From: Phycisphaerae bacterium
GTDB taxonomy: Bacteria > Planctomycetota > Phycisphaerae > UBA1845 > Fen-1342
DNA: 64,000 bases
Reading direction: 5' to 3'
Assembly: GCA_030612705.1 (NCBI GenBank)
Contig: JAUWNI010000004.1
Span: forward strand, 4,703 to 68,702
Part shown: positions 17,600 through 26,241 of the stretch, piece after piece
Numbering within the stretch: position 1 is the first letter of the stretch
Layout of the letters: the number at the start of each line of letters is the position of its first letter
Program-made: the position numbers and the translations under genes
Notes under the pieces: model-generated
Told to the model about the DNA's origin: nothing
Database searches by the model: none
Seen by the model: only the letters and a program-made list of their open reading frames with translations

Positions 17600-19309
17600 G
17601 TGTCATTAGGTGGAGCTTTCCAAATCGGTCGCAGCGCGTTGGCGGCGTATCAGGCGGCGCTGTCCATCACGGGACAGAACATCGCCAACCTCGCCAACCC
17701 GACTTATGCCCGCCAGACCGGACACCTCGTGACGATGCACGGGGGGCCGTCCTACGGCTCTGTGCGGCCCGGGGCGGGCGTGACCATGAACCGCCTGACC
17801 CGGCACGTCGACGCGGCACTCGAATCCCGGCTGCGGCTTTCGCTGGGTTCGCGCTCGTCGGCGGAGGTCATCTACCAGGCCCTTAGCCAGACCGAGGCCT
17901 CATACAACGAGCTGACCGACCAGGACATCTCGACGCAATTGAGCGATTTCTTCGCACAGTTCAGCGATCTGGAGACCGCTCCGCAAAGCAACAGCGCCCG
18001 CAACCTGACCATCGCCACCGCCGACGCGCTGATCACCACGATCAAGCGGCTGCGCACCGGGTTGGTCAACCAGATCGCCGGTCTGAACGACTCGGCCACG
18101 ACGGCGGCCGAGCGGGCCGGGGACCTCGCCTCCGAGATCGCCTCGCTCAACGAGCTGATCGTGCAGCAGGAGTCCGACGGCGCGACGGTGGCCGGTGCTC
18201 TGCGGGACCGCCGCGACGATCTGTTGCGCGACCTGGGCGAGCTGATGGACATCCAGGTGCGCGAGCAGGACAACGGTTCGATCAACGTGTACGTCGGGAG
18301 CGAGCCGCTGATCGAGTTCGATCGTTCGCGCGGGCCGATCGTCGAGATAGTGATCGAGGACGGAGTGGAAATCGCCTCGGTCCGCTTCGCCGACACGCAT
18401 GGCAACGTGATCCTGACCGGCGGGAAGCTGTATGGGCTGTTGGAATCGCGCGATCGGTACCTGAAGGATCAGATCGACCGCTTCGACACACTCGCGGGTG
18501 GGCTGATCTACGAGGTCAACCGCATTCACTCGACCGGCGTGGGGCTGGTGGGGTACGAGGATCTGCTGAGCGAATACTCGGTCAGCGATCCGGCCGCGGC
18601 GCTGAACACGACCAACGCCGGGCTGCCTTTCCCGCTGGAGAACGGCACGTTCATCGTGCACATGCGCGACACCTCGACGGGACAGGAAATCACCCGGCAG
18701 ATCCACGTCGACCTGGACGGCCTCAATGGGAATGACACCACGCTCAACAGCCTGGCGGCGGACCTGAACAACGTGCCGGGGCTGACCGCGACGGTAACGG
18801 CGGACAATCGGCTGCAACTCGTCGCCGGCAACGGCCAGGAAATGTGGTTCAGCGAGGACAGCTCGAGTTGCCTGGCGGCGCTCGGCCTGGCTTCGTTCCT
18901 CAGCGGGCAGGATGCGCAAGACATCGCGGTTTGCGACGCGATCCGCACCGACCCGCGATTGATCGCGACTTCGTTGACCGGGGCGTTGAACGACGGCGAC
19001 AACGCCGGCCGAATGGCCAACCTGGTGCTCGGCACGAGCACGAGCACACTGCTTGGGCACCGCAGCATTCAGGATTACCACGAGGCGCTGATCACGGACC
19101 TGGCGGTCGAAGCTTCCGCCGCCCTGACCGATCACGAGGCGGCCACCGCCGTCTACGAAAGCCTGTACGCGCAGCGTGAAGCGGTCAGCGGCGTGAATCT
19201 GGACGAAGAGGCGATCAATCTGTCGAAGTTTCAGATGGCGTATCAGGGTGCGGCCCGCTACTTGTCGGTAGTGGACTCACTGACGAACGAAATCATGGCC
19301 TTGCTTTAG
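17600..19309 (+). CDS. flgK: Flagellar hook-associated protein 1 FlgK
   Basis: The N-terminus reads MSLGGAFQIGRSALAAYQAALSITGQNIANLANPTYARQ. The C-terminus reads GVNLDEEAINLSKFQMAYQGAARYLSVVDSLTNEIMAL. GTG start. Confidence 0.92.
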   Translation: MSLGGAFQIGRSALAAYQAALSITGQNIANLANPTYARQTGHLVTMHGGPSYGSVRPGAGVTMNRLTRHVDAALESRLRLSLGSRSSAEVIYQALSQTEASYNELTDQDISTQLSDFFAQFSDLETAPQSNSARNLTIATADALITTIKRLRTGLVNQIAGLNDSATTAAERAGDLASEIASLNELIVQQESDGATVAGALRDRRDDLLRDLGELMDIQVREQDNGSINVYVGSEPLIEFDRSRGPIVEIVIEDGVEIASVRFADTHGNVILTGGKLYGLLESRDRYLKDQIDRFDTLAGGLIYEVNRIHSTGVGLVGYEDLLSEYSVSDPAAALNTTNAGLPFPLENGTFIVHMRDTSTGQEITRQIHVDLDGLNGNDTTLNSLAADLNNVPGLTATVTADNRLQLVAGNGQEMWFSEDSSSCLAALGLASFLSGQDAQDIAVCDAIRTDPRLIATSLTGALNDGDNAGRMANLVLGTSTSTLLGHRSIQDYHEALITDLAVEASAALTDHEAATAVYESLYAQREAVSGVNLDEEAINLSKFQMAYQGAARYLSVVDSLTNEIMALL

Positions 19310-19324
19310 AACGGTAAGGAACCG

Positions 19325-21253
19325 ATGGGCGTTTCTCCGGTCAACGTGTCACGCATCAGCCAGAACCTGCGGGCGTTCAACCTGCTCAGTACGGTTCGGG
19401 CGAACCACCTCGGCTTGTTCCGAACGCAGAATCAGTTGGCGACCGGGCTGCGGTTCCTGGCGCCGAGCGAAGATCCGGCCCGCGCCGCCGACGCGATCAA
19501 GCTCGACCGTTACGCCGACATTCTCAACCAGGTCGGGCGGAACCTGTTGCGCGTGAACGAAACGCTGCGGATCGGCGAGTCGGCAATGCAGGATTCGGCC
19601 GACCTGGTAATGGAAGCCCACACGCTGGCGTTGTCGATGGCGAGCGATATGCAGTCGGAGGGTGAACGCGAGTCGATCCGCGTCGTGATCGACTCGATCC
19701 TCGACCAGTTAATCGCGGTCGGCAACCGTAAATACCTTGACGCGCATCTGTTCGGCGGTAACTACGGCAAGGACGTGCCGTTCGAGCTGGGCGGCGAAGG
19801 CGTGATCTTCCGCGGCGACAACGGGTGCTTGCAAACGATCGTCGACAGCGATCTATCGGAAGACACCTTCACGATTTCCGGGATGGAGTTCTTCAACGCC
19901 GTCTCCAACAGCGTGCGGGGTTTCGCCGATCTGAACCCGGCGGTCACAAGCGATACGCGGCTGATCGACCTGAACGGGGCGACCGGCAACGGCGTGAGCC
20001 TGAGCCGGATCGACGTCTCGGACGGCGTCACACAGGTTGAAATCGATCTGAGCGAAGCGGACACCGTCGGCGACGTGGTCGACATTTTCAACGCCGAGCT
20101 GCCTGGAACGCTCATGGCCGTGCTGACGACCACCGGGATCAACGTCGTCTCGAGTGGGGCGGGAGCGGTCAACATCACGATCACGGACACCGGCGGTGGA
20201 AACACTTCGGTGGATCTGGGGATCTTTTGCGACTCGCCCTCGGGCAGTGTGATCGGCGGGGATCTTGACCCGCGGCTGACGCTACGAACGGCCCTGGATG
20301 ATCTGAACCTCGGCACGGGCATCAATCTGGCCAACGGTTTGACGATCCGCAACGGGAGCGAAGTAGCCAATGTCAATTTCAACGGCGCCGCGACGCTCGA
20401 GGACGCGTTGAATCGGATCGACGGGTCGCAGGTCGGCGTCCTGGCCCAGATTGGTGACGACGGCAAGACGATCGATGTGCGCAACCGGATCTCGGGCGCC
20501 GATCTGCGGATCGAGGAGAGCGGCGGGCAAGCCGCCACGGCGCTGGGCATCCGCTCGATGTACGTTGACACGTTGTTGTCCGGGCTGAATGACGGGAACG
20601 GAATAGACTCGGTCGACGGCGACGACATCCGCTTCACCACCGCCGACGGCACGACGATCGACATCGACATCAACGATCTGGACCTGGCGACGGCGACGTT
20701 GCAGGACCTGGTCGACCTGTTCAACGCGCGCGGGGGCGGGGCGATCGGCGTGGCCCTGGCGGCCAACGGCAACGGAATCGAGATTACGGACAACACGGTC
20801 GGCGGCGGGACGCTCACGATCGAGCGGCTCAACCTCTCGCCGACGATCGACGGACTGGGGCTGGAGGTCACCGAGGTCGGCGGCGTGCTGACCGGCACCG
20901 ACGTCAACCCGGTGAAAGTGGACAGCCCGTTTACCGCCCTGCTGGAATTGCGCACTGCCCTACAAGCGGACGATTCGCAAGGCATATCGGCCGCGGGTCG
21001 CCGCCTATCGGCGAACCTGGAGCGTATGCAGGAGATTCAGGGCAAACTGGCGGCCAAAGCCGCCTCGATGCTGGAGCGCACCGACCGGATCGAAAATGAG
21101 AAGACGGCGGCGCGCATTCTGCAAAGCGATATCCGCGACGTGGACATGACCGAGGCGATCGTTCGCTTCCAGCAGGTGCAAGCGGCCCTGCAAGCCAACC
21201 TCGCCACCGCGTCGCAGGTGATGAATCTGTCACTGCTCGATTATCTGCGCTAA
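19325..21253 (+). CDS. flgL: Flagellar hook-associated protein 3 FlgL (unusually long, 642 aa)
   Basis: The flagellin-type ends are QNQLATGLRFLAPSEDPARAADAIKL at the N-terminus and DMTEAIVRFQQVQAALQANLATASQVMNLSLLDYL at the C-terminus. It follows flgK. Confidence 0.85.
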   Translation: MGVSPVNVSRISQNLRAFNLLSTVRANHLGLFRTQNQLATGLRFLAPSEDPARAADAIKLDRYADILNQVGRNLLRVNETLRIGESAMQDSADLVMEAHTLALSMASDMQSEGERESIRVVIDSILDQLIAVGNRKYLDAHLFGGNYGKDVPFELGGEGVIFRGDNGCLQTIVDSDLSEDTFTISGMEFFNAVSNSVRGFADLNPAVTSDTRLIDLNGATGNGVSLSRIDVSDGVTQVEIDLSEADTVGDVVDIFNAELPGTLMAVLTTTGINVVSSGAGAVNITITDTGGGNTSVDLGIFCDSPSGSVIGGDLDPRLTLRTALDDLNLGTGINLANGLTIRNGSEVANVNFNGAATLEDALNRIDGSQVGVLAQIGDDGKTIDVRNRISGADLRIEESGGQAATALGIRSMYVDTLLSGLNDGNGIDSVDGDDIRFTTADGTTIDIDINDLDLATATLQDLVDLFNARGGGAIGVALAANGNGIEITDNTVGGGTLTIERLNLSPTIDGLGLEVTEVGGVLTGTDVNPVKVDSPFTALLELRTALQADDSQGISAAGRRLSANLERMQEIQGKLAAKAASMLERTDRIENEKTAARILQSDIRDVDMTEAIVRFQQVQAALQANLATASQVMNLSLLDYLR

Positions 21254-21484
21254 GCGCGTCGGTCGTCGGGTCAAGGAAAGCAAGTACGGACTGCGGCAAG
21301 AGGCACGCACAAAATGTGGTCGGCAGGAGTGGCTGCGTCGACCACGGATGCCGGTACACCCGTTGGAAGCGGGTGAAGGGCCCGGAGGGCCCGGCCGAAC
21401 AGACGGAAACAAGGGTTGCCCGACCGACGGCGGTCGGACCGTCCGCCCGGCCAACCGGACTGGCTGAGCCACGGGAGCAAAAGG

Positions 21485-21934
21485 ATGCTCATCGAAACGA
21501 CTCGCTTCGGCAAAGTGGAAATTGATGGCGGCCGAGTCATCACGTTCAAGGATGGTTTGCTGGGATTCCCCGACCACCGACGCTTCGCCCTGATTCAGAC
21601 GACCGACGACACGGTCTTCTACTGGATGCAGTCGGTGGAGGACCCGGCGCTGGCGTTTCTGGTCTGTGATCCGCTGGCGTATGTTTCCGATTACCAGGCT
21701 CAAATCCGCACCGACGACGTCAAGACGCTGGAACTGCGCGATCTGACCGATTGTCGCGTGCTGGTAATCGTGAACAAGAGTGACGGGTATCTGACGGCGA
21801 ACCTGCTGGGACCGCTGGTGATCGGGGCCCATTCGCTGCTGGCCAAGCAACTGGTGCTCTCGGACAAACGGTACAGCACTCGGTACCGCCTGGTACAAAT
21901 CGAGTCGCTGACCGCGGTGTCCAAGACGGCGTAA
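21485..21934 (+). CDS. fliW: Flagellar assembly factor FliW
   Basis: MLIETTRFGKVEIDGGRVITFKDGLLGFPDHRRFALI...FYWMQSVEDPALAFLVCDP...NLLGPLVI is a clear FliW pattern. The start is chosen at the ATG at 21485; the tracked ORF begins at 21416. Confidence 0.93.
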   Translation: MLIETTRFGKVEIDGGRVITFKDGLLGFPDHRRFALIQTTDDTVFYWMQSVEDPALAFLVCDPLAYVSDYQAQIRTDDVKTLELRDLTDCRVLVIVNKSDGYLTANLLGPLVIGAHSLLAKQLVLSDKRYSTRYRLVQIESLTAVSKTA

Positions 21935-22140
21935 AGGGTCGGCAACGCGGTAGAGTTTCGAACGGAAGGTAGGTAAAATGTCCCCACAAGGACTGCGCCA
22001 ATTTGTTCTGTCTGAGTACGTTCGCCCCGGCGACGCGCAGCTATCGCGCGAACGGGTGGTCGGCTTGCATGGGACGCCTTCCGGATCGGGAAGGACAGTT
22101 TCCACGTTGCGCATCGGCACAATCCAGGAAGGAGCCGCGG

Positions 22141-22383
22141 ATGTTGGTGCTCTCAAGACAACGAGACGAATCAATCATGGTCGGCGACAACGTTCAGATA
22201 ACGATCGTCGACATCAGGGGGGACAAAGTGCGGCTGGGTATCATCGCACCGGCCGAAATACCCGTTCATCGCAAGGAAGTGTACGACGCCATCCAGCGGG
22301 AAAACCGCAAGGCGGCCGAGGTTTCCACGGAAGATGTTCCGGTCGTGCCGACGACGGCACGAAACAACCGGAAAGGACGCTGA
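22141..22383 (+). CDS. csrA: Carbon storage regulator CsrA (translational repressor), 80 aa
   Basis: [56 protein letters not shown] is the CsrA core. This is an internal ATG of tracked ORF 22003..22383. Confidence 0.95.
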   Translation: MLVLSRQRDESIMVGDNVQITIVDIRGDKVRLGIIAPAEIPVHRKEVYDAIQRENRKAAEVSTEDVPVVPTTARNNRKGR

Positions 22384-22446
22384 CGTTACCCGGTAGCCTC
22401 GGCGCCAGGTATATCTCGCAGCATTTCTCAGTAGCCACGAACCGTT

Positions 22447-22458
22447 CAGGGAGGATGG
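22447..22458 (+). promoter_or_regulatory. GGA-rich Shine-Dalgarno region of flagellin 1 (candidate CsrA site)
   Basis: cagGGAGGAtgg lies 4 nt upstream of the ATG at 22462. CsrA proteins bind GGA motifs that overlap the SD. Confidence 0.3.
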
Positions 22459-22461
22459 CCA

Positions 22462-23889
22462 ATGGCTCGCATTAACACAAATATTGGGGCATTAACCGCA
22501 CAGCGTTATCTTGCCCGAAGTAACGAGGATTTGAATACCACGATTCAACGGCTAGCTAGTGGTCTGCGGATCACCCGCGGAGCCGACGACCCGGCCGGGC
22601 TGATCTGCTCGGAACGGCTGCGGTCGGAGATCAGCGCGGTCGGCCAGGCGATGGCCAACACGCGCCGGGCCAGCAACATCATCGCCACGACCGAAGGCGC
22701 GCTCGATGAAGTCGCCCGGTTGATGAACGACATTCAGGACCTGATCGTCGAGGCCGCCAACGAAGGCGCGCTGTCCGAAGACGAGATCATGGCCAACCAG
22801 TTGCAGGTGGACTCGGCGATCGACAGCATCACGCGCATCTCCAACAGCACCACCTTCGCCGGCCGACAACTGCTCAACGGCTCGCTGGATTTCCTCACCA
22901 GCGGCGTTGACAATTCGGTGATCGACTACCTCGACATTCAGAACGCGCAGTTCGGCACGCGGGATTACATCCCGGTGAACGTCGAGGTGACGACGTCGGC
23001 CCAGCCGGCCCAGCTTAATTTCCCCTACGGGACCCTGACCAGCTCGGTCACGATCGAGCTGCAAGGCACCGTTGGGACGACTATGATCAGTTTCACCTCG
23101 GGCGTGACGGCCTCCGCGATGGCCGCCGCCATCGACGCCTTGTCCGACTCCACCGGCATCAACGCCACAGTCTCGGCTACCCCGGCCTTGGGCTTCCATA
23201 TGGAGAGCCAATACCTCGGGAGCAGGGAGTTCGTCTCGGTCCGGGTATTGCCGGGCGGCGGCAGCTTCGATACCGAGGACGAGAGCGGCACCGTCACGAA
23301 CCGCGACGAGGGCCGCGACGCGGTCGGGCAGGTCAATGGTGCCCTGACACTGGGTGACGGTAACAGACTCACGCTCAAGACGTCCTCGCTCAGCTTGACA
23401 ATCCAGCTCGACCAGACCTTCGGAGAAGGCACCACCGCGTTCGCCATTACGGGCGGCGGGGCGCTGTTCCAGGTCGGCCCGGAGGTCAACACGAATCTCC
23501 AGGTCAATCTGGGCGTGCAGTCGATCGCCTCCTCGCGGCTCGGCAACGCCGAGGTCGGTTTCCTGAGCCAGATTCAGTCCGGCGGACCATACTCGCTGGT
23601 CAGCGGCGAATGCCAACAGGCGCAAAAGATCGTCACGGAAGCGATCCGGCAGGTCTCGGTGCTGCGTGGTCGGCTGGGCGCGTTCGAGAAGAACACGCTC
23701 GACACGAACGTAAACCAGTTGGGCATCACGCTGGAAAACCTGATGGCGGCGGAATCGGCGATCCGCGACGCGGACTTCGCGCAAGAGACGTCCGAGCTGA
23801 CCCGGTCCCAGATCCTCGTCAGTGCCGGCACGTCGGTCCTGGCATTGGCGCAGCAATCGTCGCAAAACGTCCTGCGTTTGCTGGGATAA
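22462..23889 (+). CDS. fliC: Flagellin (475 aa)
   Basis: The N-terminus reads MARINTNIGALTAQRYLARSNEDLNTTIQRLASGLRITRGADDPAGL. The C-terminus reads IRDADFAQETSELTRSQILVSAGTSVLALAQQSSQNVLRLLG. Confidence 0.95.
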   Translation: MARINTNIGALTAQRYLARSNEDLNTTIQRLASGLRITRGADDPAGLICSERLRSEISAVGQAMANTRRASNIIATTEGALDEVARLMNDIQDLIVEAANEGALSEDEIMANQLQVDSAIDSITRISNSTTFAGRQLLNGSLDFLTSGVDNSVIDYLDIQNAQFGTRDYIPVNVEVTTSAQPAQLNFPYGTLTSSVTIELQGTVGTTMISFTSGVTASAMAAAIDALSDSTGINATVSATPALGFHMESQYLGSREFVSVRVLPGGGSFDTEDESGTVTNRDEGRDAVGQVNGALTLGDGNRLTLKTSSLSLTIQLDQTFGEGTTAFAITGGGALFQVGPEVNTNLQVNLGVQSIASSRLGNAEVGFLSQIQSGGPYSLVSGECQQAQKIVTEAIRQVSVLRGRLGAFEKNTLDTNVNQLGITLENLMAAESAIRDADFAQETSELTRSQILVSAGTSVLALAQQSSQNVLRLLG

Positions 23890-23895
23890 AAGCAC

Positions 23896-23920
23896 GGGCC
23901 GCGTAAATGCTTACCGGCCC
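23896..23920 (+). terminator. Hairpin after flagellin 1 (weak terminator candidate)
   Basis: GGGCCG (23896-23901) pairs with CGGCCC (23915-23920). An A/T-rich cataataaatag follows, but there is no clean T-run. A second 11-bp hairpin (ccgggagtgcg...cgcactcccgg) lies about 40 nt downstream. Confidence 0.35.
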
Positions 23921-24024
23921 CATAATAAATAGTTCTTGCCAATCCCGGCTCGGCGGGAGTGCGTCACCGGGCGCACTCCCGGCCGGGCCGGTGTCTTGCA
24001 CGCCGGATGTCTCGAACCTCCAAT

Positions 24025-24051
24025 TAAAGCTTCCCCCCGCCCGCGACGATT
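24025..24051 (+). promoter_or_regulatory. Sigma-28 (FliA)-type promoter candidate for flagellin 2
   Basis: The sequence is TAAAGCTT-N11-CGACGATT; the enterobacterial/Bacillus consensus is TAAAGTTT-N11-GCCGATAA. It lies about 130 nt upstream of the ATG at 24180. Confidence 0.45.
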
Positions 24052-24080
24052 CCCTCTACGTCTAAGGAGTGCAGAGACTG

Positions 24081-24095
24081 GCCGAAGGAGCCGGC
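24081..24095 (+). promoter_or_regulatory. Small hairpin presenting GGA in its loop within the flagellin-2 leader (candidate CsrA site)
   Basis: In GCCG-aaGGAgc-CGGC a 4-bp stem closes a loop containing AAGGAG. A second GGA overlaps the SD (ttGGAgg, 24163-24169). Confidence 0.3.
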
Positions 24096-24179
24096 TCGAT
24101 TCGAGATCGCATGATTACACCACCAGATCCCGACTGCGAACTCGAGCGCTCGACAGTAGCCTTTGGAGGCGCGTGATTC

Positions 24180-25601
24180 ATGATTCACATTAACACGAAC
24201 GTGCCGTCGCTGGTCGCCGCTCGTATCCTCACCACGCAAGACATGCGACTCAGTCAGTCGATGATACGGCTCGGCACCGGCCTGCGGATCAACAGTGGGA
24301 AAGACGATCCGGCGGGCTTGATTGCATCCGAAGTGCTGCGGTCGGAAAAGACCGCGATCAACGCGGCCATCAATAATATAGCGCGCGCGAACAACGTCGT
24401 GGCCTCGGCCGAGAGCGGGCTCAACGAAATCGGCAAACTGATCCTGGATCTGGAGGAACTGGTCGACAAGAGTGCCAACGAGTCCGGCATTAGCGATGAC
24501 GAGCGGGATGCAAATCAATTGCAGATCGACGCTATCCTGGAATCGATTACCCGCATTGCCAACACGACCGAGTTCCAGGGACGCAAGCTGCTCAGTGGTG
24601 AGCTCGACTACGCGACTTCCGCCATCGATACCAGCGATTTTGAACACGTGCAGATCAACGCGGCGAAGCTCCCGACGAATTCCTACCGCACGGCGATCGT
24701 CGAAGTCACAACCTCGGCCCAACTCGCGCAGCTGGTCTACGGCGCCTCGACGACCGGTGCCGGACTAACGACGATCGAGATTACCGGAGGCGAGGGAAGC
24801 GAATCGCTGACGTTCACCTCGAACACCGTGATCGCGACGGTCGCCACCGCGATCAACCAAAGCCGTGAAATGACCGGGGTCTCTGCGAGCGTCTTTTCCG
24901 CCACCGGCTTGCGCTTCTCGAGCATCGAGTACGGCTCGGAAGAATTCGTCACGGTCCAGACCCTGGCAGGGACATTCAACGTCACCGGCGGAGACGCCGG
25001 CAGCAACAAAGACTACGGCCGCGACGCGACCGTACGGGTCAACGGCGTTACGGCGGTATCTCACGGCCTTAGCGCGCGGCTGCAAACCAGCACCCTTGCG
25101 CTCGAGTTGGTGCTGACCACCACGTTCGGAACGACGCCCGGTTCGTCCACGTTCTACATTACCGACGGCGGGGCAAACTTCATGATCTGCCCGACGGTCT
25201 CGCCCCCCGGGGAGGTCAGCATCGGCGTAGCGGCCGTCTCTTCCTCGAGTCTCGGAAAAGGCGGCGTGGGGTATCTCAATTCACTGGGCAGCGGACAGAC
25301 GAACTCGATCGACTCCAAGCATTTTGACACCGCGCAGAAGATCATCCGACTCGCCCAAACGCAAGTATCCCAGTTGCGCGGCCGGTTGGGAGCTTTCCAG
25401 AAGAACGTCTTGGAGCCCAACAGCAATTCGCTGCACATCATCTATGAGAACATCACCGCCGCCGAATCGAACATCCGCGAAACGGACTTTGCCCAGGAAA
25501 CCTCGAACCTGACTCGCGGCCAGATTCTCGTGCAGGCCTCGATGGCTGTCCTGCGAATCGCGAACGCGCAGCCGCAGCAGGTTCTGGCGTTACTGGGGTA
25601 A
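24180..25601 (+). CDS. fliC: Flagellin (473 aa), second paralog
   Basis: The N-terminus reads MIHINTNVPSLVAARILTTQDMRLSQSMIRLGTGLRINSGKDDPAGL. The C-terminus reads IRETDFAQETSNLTRGQILVQASMAVLRIANAQPQQVLALLG. Confidence 0.95.
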   Translation: MIHINTNVPSLVAARILTTQDMRLSQSMIRLGTGLRINSGKDDPAGLIASEVLRSEKTAINAAINNIARANNVVASAESGLNEIGKLILDLEELVDKSANESGISDDERDANQLQIDAILESITRIANTTEFQGRKLLSGELDYATSAIDTSDFEHVQINAAKLPTNSYRTAIVEVTTSAQLAQLVYGASTTGAGLTTIEITGGEGSESLTFTSNTVIATVATAINQSREMTGVSASVFSATGLRFSSIEYGSEEFVTVQTLAGTFNVTGGDAGSNKDYGRDATVRVNGVTAVSHGLSARLQTSTLALELVLTTTFGTTPGSSTFYITDGGANFMICPTVSPPGEVSIGVAAVSSSSLGKGGVGYLNSLGSGQTNSIDSKHFDTAQKIIRLAQTQVSQLRGRLGAFQKNVLEPNSNSLHIIYENITAAESNIRETDFAQETSNLTRGQILVQASMAVLRIANAQPQQVLALLG

Positions 25602-25626
25602 AGTGGGCCATCAGGGCGCTTCGCAA

Positions 25627-25657
25627 GGGCGATCCGTTTCCGGGTCGCCCATTTTAT
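25627..25657 (+). terminator. Rho-independent terminator candidate after flagellin 2
   Basis: GGGCGA (25627-25632) pairs with TCGCCC (25645-25650) around a 12-nt loop. ATTTTAT follows. Confidence 0.5.
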
Positions 25658-26092
25658 AGAACCTACAACCCGCATTTCTCCCCAGCGTAAGCGTCGATCA
25701 TGGAAATCGTGGCTGAGAATGGCTTTGCAGTCCGCCGCAAAAGTCACTACGGGTCGGGAATGACGTAGCGGCCGGCGCCTCGCCGGCCGTAATAGGCCGG
25801 AAACGCCGCTTTGGGTGTTCGGCCCGCGAGGCGCGGGCCGCTACATGACTTTTGCGGCGAATTGCCAGGCGGACGCGGTCGGAATGACATTCAGGCCTTA
25901 CCCATTTCCCTGACACTCACCCGAACAAGCCGCGCCCCTTGACACCCTTGACGTTCTTGGTACTACTAACGATGGTTTTCTTCGCTTCCTGCGAAGATTT
26001 TTTCACGTTGCAGGGGGTGGCACGGTCTGGCGCAGCCATGCCGTGCGTGTTGAGCGCCAACCACGGCCAAGCTTCGCTTGACCGTGCCACCC

Positions 26093-26211
26093 CCCGTCCA
26101 AAGTTCAAAGTAGGTGCTCTCAACGGCGCAGCCCAGCAATAATCCCCAATCGTCAATCGTCAATCGTCAATCCCCATGCCCCTTTGGTTGCGGCCGAAGG
26201 CCGCGCTGTGA
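26093..26211 (+). repeat. Composite intergenic repeat, uninterrupted copy (interrupted inverted copy at 55479-55952)
   Basis: cccgtccaaagttcaaag..gtgctctcaacggcg.agcccagca.taatccccaatcgtcaat(cgtcaat)n cccc is followed 2 nt later by gcccctttggttgcggccgaaggccgcgctgtga. Both blocks recur in reverse complement near 55.5-55.95 kb. The repeat includes a (caatcgt)x3 heptamer run. Confidence 0.85.
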
Positions 26212-26241
26212 CTTGGCGGTTCACTTCATCCCGCCACACGC

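Noticed and set aside
12446-25085. Many long minus-strand ORFs inside the flagellar cluster. Examples are 12446..13369, 13288..14232, 14703..15593, 15475..16569, 17900..19135, 19762..20985, 22552..23895 and 24024..24722.
   Set aside because: They lie antisense to genes with unmistakable flagellar protein motifs. Their translations are Arg/Pro/Ala-rich low-complexity strings typical of shadow ORFs in high-GC DNA.
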